A stretch of 64,000 nucleotides of DNA, from assembly GCA_963826015.1 (NCBI GenBank), contig CAWGVI010000008.1, positions 12,896 to 76,895 on the forward strand, in the 5' to 3' direction. This DNA is from an uncultured Actinomycetota bacterium. GTDB lineage: Bacteria; Actinomycetota; Actinomycetes; Propionibacteriales; Nocardioidaceae. A model generated the notes under the pieces. The model was not told the DNA's origin, ran no database searches, and saw only the letters and a list, made by a program, of their open reading frames with translations. Below, piece after piece: positions 22,293-33,041 of this stretch; position 1 is the stretch's first letter; every line of letters starts with the position of its first letter. Both the position numbers and the translations under genes were made by a program.

Positions 22293-23531
22293 TCACCCCT
22301 CGGCCACGGCCTCCTCGTCCGCGTGGACGACGTGCGCGAGCTGCGGCCACAGCCACGCGAGCACGAGGGCGGAGCCGGCGAAGGCGAACCAGTACGGCGC
22401 GGCGAGCCCCCACGCGTCGGCGATCACGCCCCCGAGGAGCTGGCCCACGACCAGGCCACCGAACAGGCCGACCCGGTAGACCGAGCCGATCCGGCCCTGG
22501 AACTCGGCCGGGGTGACCCGCTGCCGCACCGCGTTGGACAGCGTGCCCCAGACGAACGCGTAGGCGCCGAAGAGGAACATCACCACCAGGGCGAGCGCCG
22601 GCGAGCGGTTGAGGGCCAGCACGAGGTGCATCACGACCTCGAGCAGCAGGCAGGTCTTCATCACCACGGCGAGGGAGAAGCGGCGCTCGATCCCGTCGTA
22701 GGCGAGTGTCGAGACGACCCCGCCGACGGCCGTCATGGTGGTCATCAGCCCGAACCCGACCTCGCTCATCCCCAGCAGCTCGGTCGAGTAGAGGACCAGC
22801 ACGCCCCACGCCGCACCCCACGTGACGTTGAAGAGCAGGATCGTCAGCGCGAGCGTGCGCACCGCGGCGTTGCCCCACAGCCACACCAGCCCCTCGCGGA
22901 TGTCGCGGCCCACGTGGGTGTCGACGGTGGCGCGCGGCGACGGCGGGACGAGCACGCGACGCAGCAGCACCACGGCCAGCATCAGGACCACCGCCTGGGC
23001 ACCGAACGGCACCGCCAGCCCGGCGCCGAACAGGAACGCCCCGAGCGGGGCACCGGCGAGCTGGTTGATCACCAGGAACCCGCCCATCGTCCGGGCGCTG
23101 GCCACCCCCAGGTCCGCCTTGGCGACCAGCATCGGGAGCAGCGTGGCCTGGGCGGAGTCCGCGAACACCTCGGCCACCCCGAGGGCGAACATCGCCGCCA
23201 GCACGACCCAGACGTTCACCGAGCCGGCGACGATGAAGCCGACCAGGACGCCCAGCACGAGCACCCGCACCAGGTTGGCCGCCAGCGTCACCCGGAGCCG
23301 GTCGAGGCGGTCGGCGATCGCGCCGGCGTGGAGACCGAACACCAGCCACGGCACCCGCTGCAGGGCAGCGGCCAGCGCCACCAGCACGGCGCTGTCGGTC
23401 TGCGAGGCGACGAGGAGCGGGCCGGCCGCCAGCGCGATCCCGTCACCGAGCTGGGCGACGTAGAAGCTCGCGAGCAGCTTGCGGAACTCCCTCCCCAACC
23501 GCGCCGGGACCAGGCGATCGAGGAGGCTCAC
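22293..23531 (-). CDS. MFS transporter
   Basis: About 12 hydrophobic segments, GAIADRLDR motif A, QGRIGS. Confidence 0.9.
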   Translation of the reverse strand: MSLLDRLVPARLGREFRKLLASFYVAQLGDGIALAAGPLLVASQTDSAVLVALAAALQRVPWLVFGLHAGAIADRLDRLRVTLAANLVRVLVLGVLVGFIVAGSVNVWVVLAAMFALGVAEVFADSAQATLLPMLVAKADLGVASARTMGGFLVINQLAGAPLGAFLFGAGLAVPFGAQAVVLMLAVVLLRRVLVPPSPRATVDTHVGRDIREGLVWLWGNAAVRTLALTILLFNVTWGAAWGVLVLYSTELLGMSEVGFGLMTTMTAVGGVVSTLAYDGIERRFSLAVVMKTCLLLEVVMHLVLALNRSPALALVVMFLFGAYAFVWGTLSNAVRQRVTPAEFQGRIGSVYRVGLFGGLVVGQLLGGVIADAWGLAAPYWFAFAGSALVLAWLWPQLAHVVHADEEAVAEG

Positions 23532-23543
23532 GAGGACGAGAGG

Positions 23544-25043
23544 CTACGCCCTCCGACGGGTACGCCGACGCAGGGCGACGACGAGGGCGAACGTCCCGCC
23601 GAGCAACCCGGCGGGGACCGCGGTCGCCGCGGCCCGGTCGCGCAGCGACGGATGGGCGACCCCGACCCCCGTCGGCTCGAGGCCGACCTTGCCCGGGACG
23701 TCGACGCTGTAGACGTCGAGCCCGCGGACCAGGTCGATCGCGAAGACGACGTTGGTGTCCTTGCCGGTCTGGCGGCCGCGCTCGTCGTACTCGGGGACCC
23801 ACATCGCGTCCCACACCTCGCTGGCGAACCAGTGGGCGTAGCCGTACGGCTTGATGTTGCGGGGGTCGCGGACGTCGAGCAGCTGCATGCCGCCGCCGTA
23901 GTAACCGATCGCGACGATGCCTCCGGGGCGGTAGTCGAACCAGTGGGCCGAGCAGAAGGCGCCCTGCGGGAGCGGGAAGTTGCCGAGGTCGGCGAGCTCG
24001 ACCTTGTCCAGCGGGACGATCCCGCCGGTGCCGCCGTCGAGCCGCTTCACGTGCCAGGTCTGGAACGAGCCGGCCTGCGCACAGTCGGTCTGCTCGTAGT
24101 CCTCCTCGGTCACCAGCAGCACGTTGCCGTTCTTCAGCGAGGGCGCGGCGCCGGGCCGGAAGTTCTGGGCGTCGGGCCGGAAGGAGTTGTGGTGGATGAA
24201 GTCGTTGTAGCCCGCGGCGGCGCCCTTCCCGGCCTTGCCGGTGGTCGCCAGCAGGACCGGCTTGCGGGGACGCTCGACATCCCACATCGACGAGCCGTCG
24301 AAGCCCGTGTGCGTGCCGATGCCGGCGGCGTCGAAGTTCCACTTGTGGCCGGCCGTCGGCGAGTGGAAGGGCTGTACGCCGGGCGTGGCCGAATCGCCGT
24401 CGACCTCGGTCGGGTGTGCGAGGTCGCGCAGGTCGAACACCGAGAAGCTCGACGAGCCGCTGTCACCGGCGGAGTAGGCGTAGCGGCAGTCGGTCGCCTC
24501 GACGCACGCCACGGTGTGGGTGCTGGTCGTGGCCGGGACGCTGCTCAGGACGTGGGGGTCGGCCGGGTCGGTGACGTCGACCAGCAGCAGCTCGTTGCCG
24601 CCGCCGTTGGTGTGGCTGATGCCGTTGCGGTCGAGGGCCACGTTGACCAGGTCGATGCCGATCAGGGCGAACCTGCGGGTGCCGTCGGCGGTCCGACGCT
24701 CGCCGCAGTTCATCGCCTCGTTCTCGAACAGCGCGTTGGGCATCACCCCCACGCGCGTGGGGCTGGTCGCGTCCGTGACGTCCCAGACGGTCAGGGACTC
24801 CACGCCGCTGGTGACGAACAGCGGGGCCGTGGGGAGGAAGCAGCCGGAGATGCCGACCGTGCCGGGAGAGCTGTCGAGGTGGGAGACGTTGCCGCTGATC
24901 AGCGGGGTGTCGTCCTCGGCGAGCAGCTGGGTGCGGACCTCGCGGTTGCGGTCGGCACCGCCCCCGTGGGCCAGCGCGGGCGCGGCGGACGCGGTCGCGG
25001 CGAGCAGGAGGGTCCCGGCGGCGAGGGTGGGGAGCAGGCGCAT
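23544..25043 (-). CDS. Secreted LVIVD-repeat-like beta-propeller protein with C-terminal membrane anchor
   Basis: Signal peptide; repeats VWDVTDATSP, LVDVTDPADP, LLDVRDPRNI; CSAHWF; hydrophobic tail plus RRRTRRR. Confidence 0.8.
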   Translation of the reverse strand: MRLLPTLAAGTLLLAATASAAPALAHGGGADRNREVRTQLLAEDDTPLISGNVSHLDSSPGTVGISGCFLPTAPLFVTSGVESLTVWDVTDATSPTRVGVMPNALFENEAMNCGERRTADGTRRFALIGIDLVNVALDRNGISHTNGGGNELLLVDVTDPADPHVLSSVPATTSTHTVACVEATDCRYAYSAGDSGSSSFSVFDLRDLAHPTEVDGDSATPGVQPFHSPTAGHKWNFDAAGIGTHTGFDGSSMWDVERPRKPVLLATTGKAGKGAAAGYNDFIHHNSFRPDAQNFRPGAAPSLKNGNVLLVTEEDYEQTDCAQAGSFQTWHVKRLDGGTGGIVPLDKVELADLGNFPLPQGAFCSAHWFDYRPGGIVAIGYYGGGMQLLDVRDPRNIKPYGYAHWFASEVWDAMWVPEYDERGRQTGKDTNVVFAIDLVRGLDVYSVDVPGKVGLEPTGVGVAHPSLRDRAAATAVPAGLLGGTFALVVALRRRTRRRA

Positions 25044-25087
25044 GCCACCGTCAACGACGGCACGCAGGCGGGGTCACGCAGGCGGGG

Positions 25088-25285
25088 TCACGCAGGCTGC
25101 AGGTTGCCCTCGACGGTGAGCACCTCGCCGGCCGCCGCGGCGGCCAGGGAGTCGTTCTCCTGCGCGAGCCTCAGGGTGAGAGCCTCGAGGTCGGACACAC
25201 GGGCTCGCAGCCGGGCGTTCTCCGCCTGGAGTCGAGCCTGGGTCCGGGGGTCGCTGTGCATGTAGCCGATCAGCGCCTTGGCCAT
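25088..25285 (-). CDS. Small coiled-coil hypothetical protein (65 aa)
   Basis: MAKALIGY...LQAENARLRARVSDLEALTLRLAQEN heptad pattern; RBS GGAAGG. Confidence 0.8.
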   Translation of the reverse strand: MAKALIGYMHSDPRTQARLQAENARLRARVSDLEALTLRLAQENDSLAAAAAGEVLTVEGNLQPA

Positions 25286-25380
25286 GGATGAGCCTTCCGA
25301 ACAGGTGTTGCGCCCGGGATGTGGGCTGCCTTCAAGAGTCCCACCATCACCTCCGAGGGTCAATTGCGCGGAGGCGGAAA

Positions 25381-26235
25381 TCAGGTGACGCGACGGCGAC
25401 GCGGAGCGGGCTGGCAGGTCGGGCAGAAGTACGACGAGCGGTTCATGAACGAGATCCGGCGGATGGGGGTGCCGCAACGCTCGCAGGGCTCACCCTCCTG
25501 CCCGTAGGCGTGCAGCGAGCGGTCGAAGTACCCGGACTCGCCGTTGACGTTGACGTAGAGCGCGTCGAAGGACGTGCCGCCCTGGACCAGCGCCGCCGCC
25601 ATCACGCCGCGGGCCTCCCCGAGCACCGTGCGGACCTGGGCCGCGGTGAGCCGGTCGCCGGGCCGGTCGCCGTGGATCCTGGCCCGCCACAGCGCCTCGT
25701 CGGCGTAGATGTTGCCGACGCCGGAGATCAGGCCCTGGTCGAGCAGCAGCCGCTTCACGCCGGCGGTGCGTCGTCGCACGCGACGGACGAAGTCGGCGTC
25801 GTCGAAGGCGGGGTCGAGCGGGTCGCGGGCGATGTGGGCGATCTCCGGCGGGAGGTCGGCGCCACCCGTGGAGACGGCGAGGCCGCCGAACATCCGCTGG
25901 TCGACGAAGCGGAGCTCGACGTCGCGGTCGAGGGAGAAGCGCACCCGCAGGTGTCGCTCGTCGGGCGTCGCGGGCGGCTGCACCAGCATCTGCCCGCTCA
26001 TGCCGAGGTGGCCGAGCAGGGCGTCGCCGTTGTCCAGCGGCAGCCAGAAGTACTTGCCCCGGCGGCGCGCTGCCTCGACCCGGCGCCCGGTGAGGGCGGC
26101 CGCGAAGCCCAGCGGGCCGCGCTCGTCACGGCGTACGGGACGGGGGTGGAGCACCTCGACCGCGGTCAGGGTGGCGCCGACGACGTGGCGCTCGAGGCCG
26201 AGGCGGACCACCTCGACCTCGGGGAGCTCGGGCAC
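25381..26235 (-). CDS. mutM: Formamidopyrimidine-DNA glycosylase
   Basis: [22 protein letters not shown], CxxC...CxxC zinc finger. Confidence 0.97.
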   Translation of the reverse strand: MPELPEVEVVRLGLERHVVGATLTAVEVLHPRPVRRDERGPLGFAAALTGRRVEAARRRGKYFWLPLDNGDALLGHLGMSGQMLVQPPATPDERHLRVRFSLDRDVELRFVDQRMFGGLAVSTGGADLPPEIAHIARDPLDPAFDDADFVRRVRRRTAGVKRLLLDQGLISGVGNIYADEALWRARIHGDRPGDRLTAAQVRTVLGEARGVMAAALVQGGTSFDALYVNVNGESGYFDRSLHAYGQEGEPCERCGTPIRRISFMNRSSYFCPTCQPAPRRRRVT

Positions 26236-26244
26236 CGGCCCGGC

Positions 26245-26973
26245 TCAGTCGAGGGTCTCGACGACGGGCAGGCCGGTCTCGTCGATGCCCAGCCTGTCGG
26301 CGATCTCGCCGTACGCCGTCTCCGCGGCGGCCTGCTCGGCCTCCTTCTTGGAGCGGCCCACGCCGTTGCCGTAGAGCTCGGTGCCGACCCGCACCTGGGC
26401 GGTGAAGGTCTTCATGTGGTCGGGGCCCTCGTCGGCGATGACGTACTCGGGGACGCCGAGGCCGTGCTCGGCGGACAGCTCCTGGAGGGAGGTCTTCCAG
26501 TCCAGGCCGGCACCGAGGGCCGAGGCCGCCTCGATGAGGGGGTCGAAGAGCTTGTGGACCACGTCGGCGGAGGTCTCGAAGCCGCCGGAGAGGTGGATCG
26601 CGCCGAGCACCGCCTCGACGGTGTCGGACAGGATCGAGGCCTTGTTGCGCCCGCCGGTGGACTGCTCGCCACGACCGAGCTTGACGTGGGTGCCGAGCCC
26701 GATGTCACGGCCCACCCCGGCCAGGGCGCGGGCGTTGACGACCGCCGCGCGCAGCTTGGCCAGCCGGCCCTCGGAGAGGTCCGGGTGGGTGGTGTAGAGC
26801 GTCTCGGTCACGACGACGCCGAGGACCGCGTCGCCGAGGAACTCCAGCCGCTCGTTGGTCGGCAGCCCACCGTTCTCGTAGGCGTAGGACCGGTGGGTGA
26901 GCGCGCGCTCCAGCAGCTCGGGGTCCAGGACGGGGTCCCCGAGCGCTGAGCGCAGCTCGACGTAGTTGCTCAC
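26245..26973 (-). CDS. rnc: Ribonuclease III
   Basis: [19 protein letters not shown], dsRBD with [10 protein letters not shown]. Confidence 0.97.
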   Translation of the reverse strand: MSNYVELRSALGDPVLDPELLERALTHRSYAYENGGLPTNERLEFLGDAVLGVVVTETLYTTHPDLSEGRLAKLRAAVVNARALAGVGRDIGLGTHVKLGRGEQSTGGRNKASILSDTVEAVLGAIHLSGGFETSADVVHKLFDPLIEAASALGAGLDWKTSLQELSAEHGLGVPEYVIADEGPDHMKTFTAQVRVGTELYGNGVGRSKKEAEQAAAETAYGEIADRLGIDETGLPVVETLD

Positions 26974-26989
26974 ACCGTGAGCGTGGGCA

Positions 26990-27175
26990 TCAGAGGACCT
27001 GGCGACGATCGGCGCGGGCGCCGTACTGACCGCACTCGCCGCACGCACGGTGCGGGAGGTGCTTGGCACCGCACGCCGGGTTGGCGCAGGTCACCAGGGT
27101 CGGCGCGACGGCCTTCCACTGCGAGCGACGGTGGCGCGTGTTGCTGCGCGACATCTTCCGCTTCGGGACAGCCAT
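26990..27175 (-). CDS. rpmF: 50S ribosomal protein L32
   Basis: [20 protein letters not shown] with Cys pairs. Confidence 0.96.
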   Translation of the reverse strand: MAVPKRKMSRSNTRHRRSQWKAVAPTLVTCANPACGAKHLPHRACGECGQYGARADRRQVL

Positions 27176-27246
27176 GATGTTCTCCTCATACCTCAGTCGG
27201 ACCAGGAGGTCCGGCTCTGTGTGTCCCGGCCGGGTTCCCGGCCGGG

Positions 27247-27837
27247 TCAGTCTTCGTCGTGCGGTGCGGTGGTCTTCTCCTCCGCGTCCTGCAGTGCTAC
27301 CAGTCCTGCCCACCGGGGGTCGACCGGTGCGTCGTGCGCGTGGTCCGGGTCGTCGGCCAGGCGTGCACCACACTCGGTGCAGAGCCCGGGACAGTCGTCC
27401 TCGCACAGCGGCTGGAACGGTAGCGCGAGCACCACCGCGTCCCGCAGCAGTGGCTCGAGGTCGAGCAGGTCTCCCTCGAGCCGGCTGACACCGTCGTCCT
27501 CCGCCTCGTCGGCCGGAGCGTCGTGCCGGTCGGTGTAGACGAACAGCTCCTGGAGCGTGACCTCGACGTCGTCGGAGATCGGCTCCAGGCACCGTACGCA
27601 CTCACCGTCGAGCGCGGCCGTGGCCGTGCCCGACACCAGCACGCCCTCCATGACCGCCTCCAGCCGCAGGTCGAGCTCGACCTCCGAGCCTTCGGGGACG
27701 CGCAGGACCTCGATGCCCAGCTCTGCCGGAGCCGGCACCGTCCGCGTCACCTCACGCTGGGACCCCGGGCGGCGGCCGAGCTCGCGGGTATCGAGCACGA
27801 GCGGCGCTCTCGGGTCCAGGCTGGTCAGGTGAATCAC
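27247..27837 (-). CDS. YceD/DUF177 family protein
   Basis: [25 protein letters not shown]; upstream of rpmF. Confidence 0.92.
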   Translation of the reverse strand: MIHLTSLDPRAPLVLDTRELGRRPGSQREVTRTVPAPAELGIEVLRVPEGSEVELDLRLEAVMEGVLVSGTATAALDGECVRCLEPISDDVEVTLQELFVYTDRHDAPADEAEDDGVSRLEGDLLDLEPLLRDAVVLALPFQPLCEDDCPGLCTECGARLADDPDHAHDAPVDPRWAGLVALQDAEEKTTAPHDED

Positions 27838-27910
27838 TTCCGGGTCCGGGAACGACAGAACTGCCGAGAATCGTAACGGTCTGCGGCGTGCGGCAGCAAA
27901 AGGGCGCCGG

Positions 27911-28393
27911 TCACTCCCCCGCCGCGAAGCGCGCGGTGAGCGCCTCGCGGACGAAGTCGGGCACGAGTGCGGACACGTCGCCCCCGAACCGGGCGACCTC
28001 CTTGACCAGGCTGGAGGCCAGGAAGGACCACTCGGGACTGGTCGGCATGAAGACCGTCTCGACGTCGGTGAGCGAGGCGTTCATCTGCGCCATCTGGAGC
28101 TCGTAGTCGAAGTCGCTGACCGCACGCAGGCCCTTCACGATCGCGTCGACGTCGTGCTCGGCGCAGAAATCGGTCAAGAGGCCGGTGAAGCCGGCCACGC
28201 GGACGTTGTCCCACTCCGCGCACGCGCGCCGCAGCATGTCGAGCCGCTCGTCGGGGGTGAAGAGCCGGCTCTTGGACGGGTTGACCCCGACGCCGACGAT
28301 CACCTCGTCGAAGAGTCGGGCGGCGCGGCCGATCACGTCGAGGTGGCCGTGGGTGACCGGGTCGAAGGACCCGGGGCAGAGGGCACGACGCAC
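27911..28393 (-). CDS. coaD: Pantetheine-phosphate adenylyltransferase
   Basis: PGSFDPVTHGHLD, KGLRAVSDFDYE, SSLVKEVA. Confidence 0.97.
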   Translation of the reverse strand: MRRALCPGSFDPVTHGHLDVIGRAARLFDEVIVGVGVNPSKSRLFTPDERLDMLRRACAEWDNVRVAGFTGLLTDFCAEHDVDAIVKGLRAVSDFDYELQMAQMNASLTDVETVFMPTSPEWSFLASSLVKEVARFGGDVSALVPDFVREALTARFAAGE

Positions 28394-28396
28394 GGG

Positions 28397-28990
28397 CTAC
28401 TCCTCGGGGGACTGGGGTGACGGCGCGGCAGGGGCGGCGTGACCGTACCAAAGCACCGTCTCGCCGTAACGACGCTCGCGCACCTCCTCGAACCCGTCGG
28501 GGAAGGCCGGGCCCCGGCCGCGCACCGCGCGCTCGACGATGACGAGGGCGCCGGGGACCAGCCAGCCCTGCCCGTCGAGCGCGGCCAGGGTGGCGTCGAC
28601 GTCCTCCGGGGCGAGCGGGTAGGGCGGGTCGAGGAAGACCACGTCGTACGGCGCGCGGGGTGCCCGTCGGAGGGTGCCGGCCACGGTCGCCGCCACCACG
28701 TCGGCGACGGTGCAGCCGATAGCCCGGGCGTTCTGCCGGATCAGGGTGGCCGCACGCCGGTCGGACTCGACGAGCGTGACGACGCCCGCGCCGCGTGACC
28801 ACGCCTCGAGGCCGACCGCGCCGGAGCCGGCGTACAGGTCGAGGAACCGCAGGCCGGAGAGGGAGCCGCACCACGACTCCACGGAGGCGAACAGGGCCTC
28901 GCGGACCCGGTCACTGGTCGGCCGGGTCGTCTGGCCGCGACTCGTCTGCAGGCGGCGACCGCCTGCTGTTCCCCCGATGATCCGCGTCAT
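28397..28990 (-). CDS. rsmD: 16S rRNA m2G966 methyltransferase
   Basis: MTRIIGG, RPTSDRVREALF, DLYAGSGA, DPPY. Confidence 0.95.
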   Translation of the reverse strand: MTRIIGGTAGGRRLQTSRGQTTRPTSDRVREALFASVESWCGSLSGLRFLDLYAGSGAVGLEAWSRGAGVVTLVESDRRAATLIRQNARAIGCTVADVVAATVAGTLRRAPRAPYDVVFLDPPYPLAPEDVDATLAALDGQGWLVPGALVIVERAVRGRGPAFPDGFEEVRERRYGETVLWYGHAAPAAPSPQSPEE

Positions 28991-29024
28991 GGTCGGGCTC
29001 GCTCCGCACCGATCCGGGAGCCGG

Positions 29025-31253
29025 TCACGCCTTCTCCATGAAGTCAGACTGCCGCGAATGCTCCAGGTCCGCCACTGCGGCCGCCAGCATCGGGGCCTGC
29101 GCGAGCTCCGGATCGCGGGCCAGCATCGCCTCCGCCGACTCGCGCGCAGCCACGATCGTCTTCTCGTCACGCAGGACCCGGAGCGTCCGCAGGCTGGACC
29201 GGAACCCGCTCTGCGAGCGGCCGAGGACGTCGCCCTCGCGCCGCTGCTCGAGGTCGACCCGGCTGAGCTCGAAGCCGTCGGTGGTGGCGGCCACGGCGTC
29301 GAGCCGCTCGCGGGCCGGCGACCCGGCCTCGGCCCGGCTGACCAGCAGGCACAGGCCCGGGAGGCCGCCCCGACCCACGCGGCCGCGGAGCTGGTGGAGC
29401 TGGGAGACGCCGAACCGGTCGGCGTCCATGAGGACCATCGTGGTGGCGTTGGCGACGTCGACGCCGACCTCGATCACGGTGGTGGCGACCAGCACGTCGA
29501 GCTCGCCGGCTGCGAACGAGCGCATGGTGCGGTCCTTCTCCTCCGGCGGCATCCTGCCGTGCAGCATCCCGAGCCGCAGCCCCGCGAGCGGGCCTTCCTC
29601 CAGCAGCGGCAGCAGCTCGGCGACCGCCGTCAGCCGCGCCTTCTGCTGGGCGGTGGGGGTGACGACGTCGCCGTCCTCGTCGAGGTCGAGCTGGTCGGAC
29701 TCCCCCTGCTCCTGCTCGTCGCCGGTGATCCGCGGGCACACGACGTAGGCCTGGTGCCCGGCCTCGACCTCCTCGCGCACCCGCTGCCACGCGCGGTCGA
29801 GCCAGCCGGGCTGCTCCGCGATCGGCACGACGTTGGTCTGGATCGGCGCGCGTCCGGCCGGCAGCTCGGAGAGCACGGAGATCTCGAGGTCGCCGAAGAC
29901 GGTCATCGCGACGGTGCGCGGGATGGGCGTCGCGGTCATGACCAGCACGTGCGGCGGGCTGCCCGCCTTGTCGGTCAGTGCCGCCCGCTGCTCGACGCCG
30001 AAGCGGTGCTGCTCGTCGACGACGACGAGCCCGAGGTCGGCGAGCTGGACGCGCTCCTCGAGCAGCGCGTGGGTGCCGATCACCAGCCCGGCCTCGCCGC
30101 TGGCCATCCGGAGCAGCTGCTCGCGGCGCTGGGCTGCGCCCATCGAACCGGTGAGCAGCGCGACGGTGGTGGCGTCGGCGTCGCCGCCGAGCATCCCCCC
30201 GGCCGCCAGGTCGCCGAGCATGGCGGTGATCGAGCGGTGGTGCTGCTGGGCGAGCACCTCGGTGGGCGCCAGCAGCGCCGCCTGGGCACCGCTGTCGACG
30301 ACCCGCAGCATCGCGCGCAGGGCCACCAGCGTCTTGCCGGAGCCGACCTCGCCCTGGAGCAGCCGGTTCATCGGGTGCGGCTCACCGAGGTCGCGCTCGA
30401 TCTGCTCGCCGACGGCCACCTGTCCGGCGGTCAGCGTGAAGGGCAGCCGGGCGTCGAAGGCCGCGAGCAGGCCGCCCCCACCGGTCCGGGCGACGGCACC
30501 CTCGGCGCGCAGCCCGGCCCGGCGCCGGGCCAGCACCAGCTGGGTCACCAGCGCCTCCTCGAAGCGGAAGCGCTTCTGGGCGGCGCCGACCTGCTCGTAG
30601 TCGTCGGGACCGTGGATCCACCGCAGCGCGGTCAGCACGTCGAGCAGGCCGTGCTCGCGGCGTAGGTCGTCGGGCAGCGGCTCGGGCACGTCGCGCACCA
30701 GCTCGAGGGCCGACTGGACGACCTTCTGGACGTCCCAGGAGTAGAGCTTCGCGGTGACGGGGTAGACCGGCATCAGCCCCTTGAGGCTGGCGGCGAGACC
30801 GCCGTCGCCCTCCTCGTCGAAGATCACCGAGTGGGGCTGGGTGATCTGCCAGCTGCGGCCGAAGACCTTCGCCTTGCCGGTGAACATCCCGAAGCGACCG
30901 GGCGCCATCCGGGCCTGCTCGGTCTCGGCCTGCCCCTGGTAGGGGATGAAGAACGACATCGAGAAGTCGGGGCCGCCGGTGGCGACCCGGACCTCGACCC
31001 GGTAGCTCGTGCGGTGGGTACGGCGGTCGCGGAACGGCTTGATCTCGCTGGACGTCACCCGCCCGACCACGGAGATCGGCTCGCCCTCGACCGGCTCGTC
31101 GACCTCGCTCAGCTCGGTGGTCTTCACGTAGCGCCGGGGGAAGTGGAAGAGCAGCTCGCCGACGGTCTCGATGCCGAGGCCCTCGTGGACGAGCTTGCGC
31201 TTCTTCGCGGCCTTGCCGAAGACGCTGGCGACCGGGGAGTCGACGGTGATCAC
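29025..31253 (-). CDS. recG: ATP-dependent DNA helicase RecG
   Basis: QGEVGSGKT, DEQHRFG, MTATPIPRT, QLHQLRGRVGRG. Confidence 0.97.
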   Translation of the reverse strand: MITVDSPVASVFGKAAKKRKLVHEGLGIETVGELLFHFPRRYVKTTELSEVDEPVEGEPISVVGRVTSSEIKPFRDRRTHRTSYRVEVRVATGGPDFSMSFFIPYQGQAETEQARMAPGRFGMFTGKAKVFGRSWQITQPHSVIFDEEGDGGLAASLKGLMPVYPVTAKLYSWDVQKVVQSALELVRDVPEPLPDDLRREHGLLDVLTALRWIHGPDDYEQVGAAQKRFRFEEALVTQLVLARRRAGLRAEGAVARTGGGGLLAAFDARLPFTLTAGQVAVGEQIERDLGEPHPMNRLLQGEVGSGKTLVALRAMLRVVDSGAQAALLAPTEVLAQQHHRSITAMLGDLAAGGMLGGDADATTVALLTGSMGAAQRREQLLRMASGEAGLVIGTHALLEERVQLADLGLVVVDEQHRFGVEQRAALTDKAGSPPHVLVMTATPIPRTVAMTVFGDLEISVLSELPAGRAPIQTNVVPIAEQPGWLDRAWQRVREEVEAGHQAYVVCPRITGDEQEQGESDQLDLDEDGDVVTPTAQQKARLTAVAELLPLLEEGPLAGLRLGMLHGRMPPEEKDRTMRSFAAGELDVLVATTVIEVGVDVANATTMVLMDADRFGVSQLHQLRGRVGRGGLPGLCLLVSRAEAGSPARERLDAVAATTDGFELSRVDLEQRREGDVLGRSQSGFRSSLRTLRVLRDEKTIVAARESAEAMLARDPELAQAPMLAAAVADLEHSRQSDFMEKA

Positions 31254-31257
31254 GGGG

Positions 31258-32886
31258 TCACTCCACGCCCACGAGCAGGGGGTAGCGCTCCTGGCCGCCG
31301 TCGTAGACGACGACGTCGACGGCGGGGTGCCGCTCCTCGACGTACGCCGCGCAGCGCGCCGCGAGGTCGGCCGGTGCGTCGCCGCCGCTGACGATCGTGA
31401 CCAGCTCGCCGCCACCGCCGACCAGCCGCTCCAGCACCTCCGCGGCGACGGCGTAGAGGTCGTCGCCGATCACGGCGAAGTCACCGCCGACCACGCCGAG
31501 CACGTCACCGGGCTCGCAGGGACCCGCCATCGTGATCGCCCGCCGGGCCGCGACCGTGACCGCCCCGTGGCGGGCGTGGCGGGCGGTCGCCGTCATCTCG
31601 AGGACGTCCTGGTCGAAGGACCGGCCGGGCTCGTGGACCGCCAGCGCGGCCAGCCCCTGGACCTGCGCGAGGGTCGGGATCACGATCGCCCGGACACCCT
31701 CGTCGGTCCCGGCGGTGCCGGCCGCGATCTGGGCCACGCGGATGGAGTCCCGGTCGTTGGGGAGCACGACGACCTCGCCGGCGCCCGTCGCGAGGATCGC
31801 CTCGAGCACGTCGCGGGTGCTCGGGCGCTGACCCGGACCGCCGAGGACGACCTCGGCCCCGGCCTCGGCGAACAGGGACGCCAGGCCCGGTCCGGCGGCG
31901 ACCGCGACGACTCCTCGACCGGCACCCTCCGCGCCCGGCGTCCGGGCGCTCGCGACCTGCTCGGCGAAGTGGGTGACCCGGACCCGGTGGGGTCGGCCCG
32001 CGTCGATGCCGGCCTCGATCGCGGCCCCGACGTCGTCGACGTGGACGTGCACGTTCCAGAGACCGTCGCCGCCGACGACGACCAGGGAGTCGCCCAACGG
32101 GTCCAGCGCCTCGCGCAGCACCGGGATCGCGGCGTCCTCGGCGTCGAGCAGGTACATCACCTCGTAGGCAGGCCCGCCCTCGGTCAGCTCGTCGGCGGGG
32201 ACCGGCTGCGGGATCCGGTGGGGCACGGCGACCGGGCTCGGGCGGCGGCCGGTGAGCACGGTCTCGGCGGCGTCCAGGATCACGCTGATGCCGCGACCGC
32301 CGGCGTCGACGACCCCGGCGTCGCGCAGCACCGTGAGCTGGTCGGGGGTGCGGGCCAGGGCCTCCCGGGCCGCGGCCGCGGCCGCGGTGAAGACCTCGCG
32401 GGCCCGGGAGCCGGGTCTCGCGGCGTCCGCCAGGGCCGCGTCGGCGGCGGCCCTGGCGACCGTGAGCATCGTCCCCTCGACGGGCCGGCCCACCGCGGCG
32501 TAGCTGGCGTCGGTCGCCTCGCGCAGGGCCTCGGCGACGACGACGGCGCTGCGCTCCTCGCTGCCGGCACGGGCGATCCGGGCGGCGATCGCGCCCAGCA
32601 TCTGGCTCAGGATGACGCCGGAGTTGCCGCGGGCGCCGAGCAGCGCCCCGCGACCGAGGGCCGTGAGCGCGGCCCCGAGGTCGCCGCCCTCGCGCACCGC
32701 CTGGCGCACCGACTCCCGGGCCGCCGACACGGTGAGGTGCATGTTGGTGCCGGTGTCGCCGTCGGGGACGGGGTAGACGTTGAGCGCGTCGATCTCCTCG
32801 CGGGCCTCGGCCAGCGCATCGGTCGCGACGTCCACGAAGCGCAGCACGGTCTCGAGCGTGATCGTGCCGCCGGTGGGTGCCTTCAT
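31258..32886 (-). CDS. DAK2-domain (FakA/YloV-like) protein
   Basis: LNVYPVPDGDTGTNM, GARGNSGVILSQ, PVEGTMLTV, GGQERYP. Confidence 0.93.
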   Translation of the reverse strand: MKAPTGGTITLETVLRFVDVATDALAEAREEIDALNVYPVPDGDTGTNMHLTVSAARESVRQAVREGGDLGAALTALGRGALLGARGNSGVILSQMLGAIAARIARAGSEERSAVVVAEALREATDASYAAVGRPVEGTMLTVARAAADAALADAARPGSRAREVFTAAAAAAREALARTPDQLTVLRDAGVVDAGGRGISVILDAAETVLTGRRPSPVAVPHRIPQPVPADELTEGGPAYEVMYLLDAEDAAIPVLREALDPLGDSLVVVGGDGLWNVHVHVDDVGAAIEAGIDAGRPHRVRVTHFAEQVASARTPGAEGAGRGVVAVAAGPGLASLFAEAGAEVVLGGPGQRPSTRDVLEAILATGAGEVVVLPNDRDSIRVAQIAAGTAGTDEGVRAIVIPTLAQVQGLAALAVHEPGRSFDQDVLEMTATARHARHGAVTVAARRAITMAGPCEPGDVLGVVGGDFAVIGDDLYAVAAEVLERLVGGGGELVTIVSGGDAPADLAARCAAYVEERHPAVDVVVYDGGQERYPLLVGVE

Positions 32887-33041
32887 CGCCTGTCCGTGGT
32901 GGGGTGAGGTGTCGGGATCGCGCACAGGCTAGTGGCCCGGACCGACGATTCGCTGCCTCCGACGTGCATCGGATACGCTTTCCCGGTTGCCCGCTCGGCG
33001 GGTCTGTCTGTGTTCAAGTACTCGAGTTTCCAGGAGTTCCG

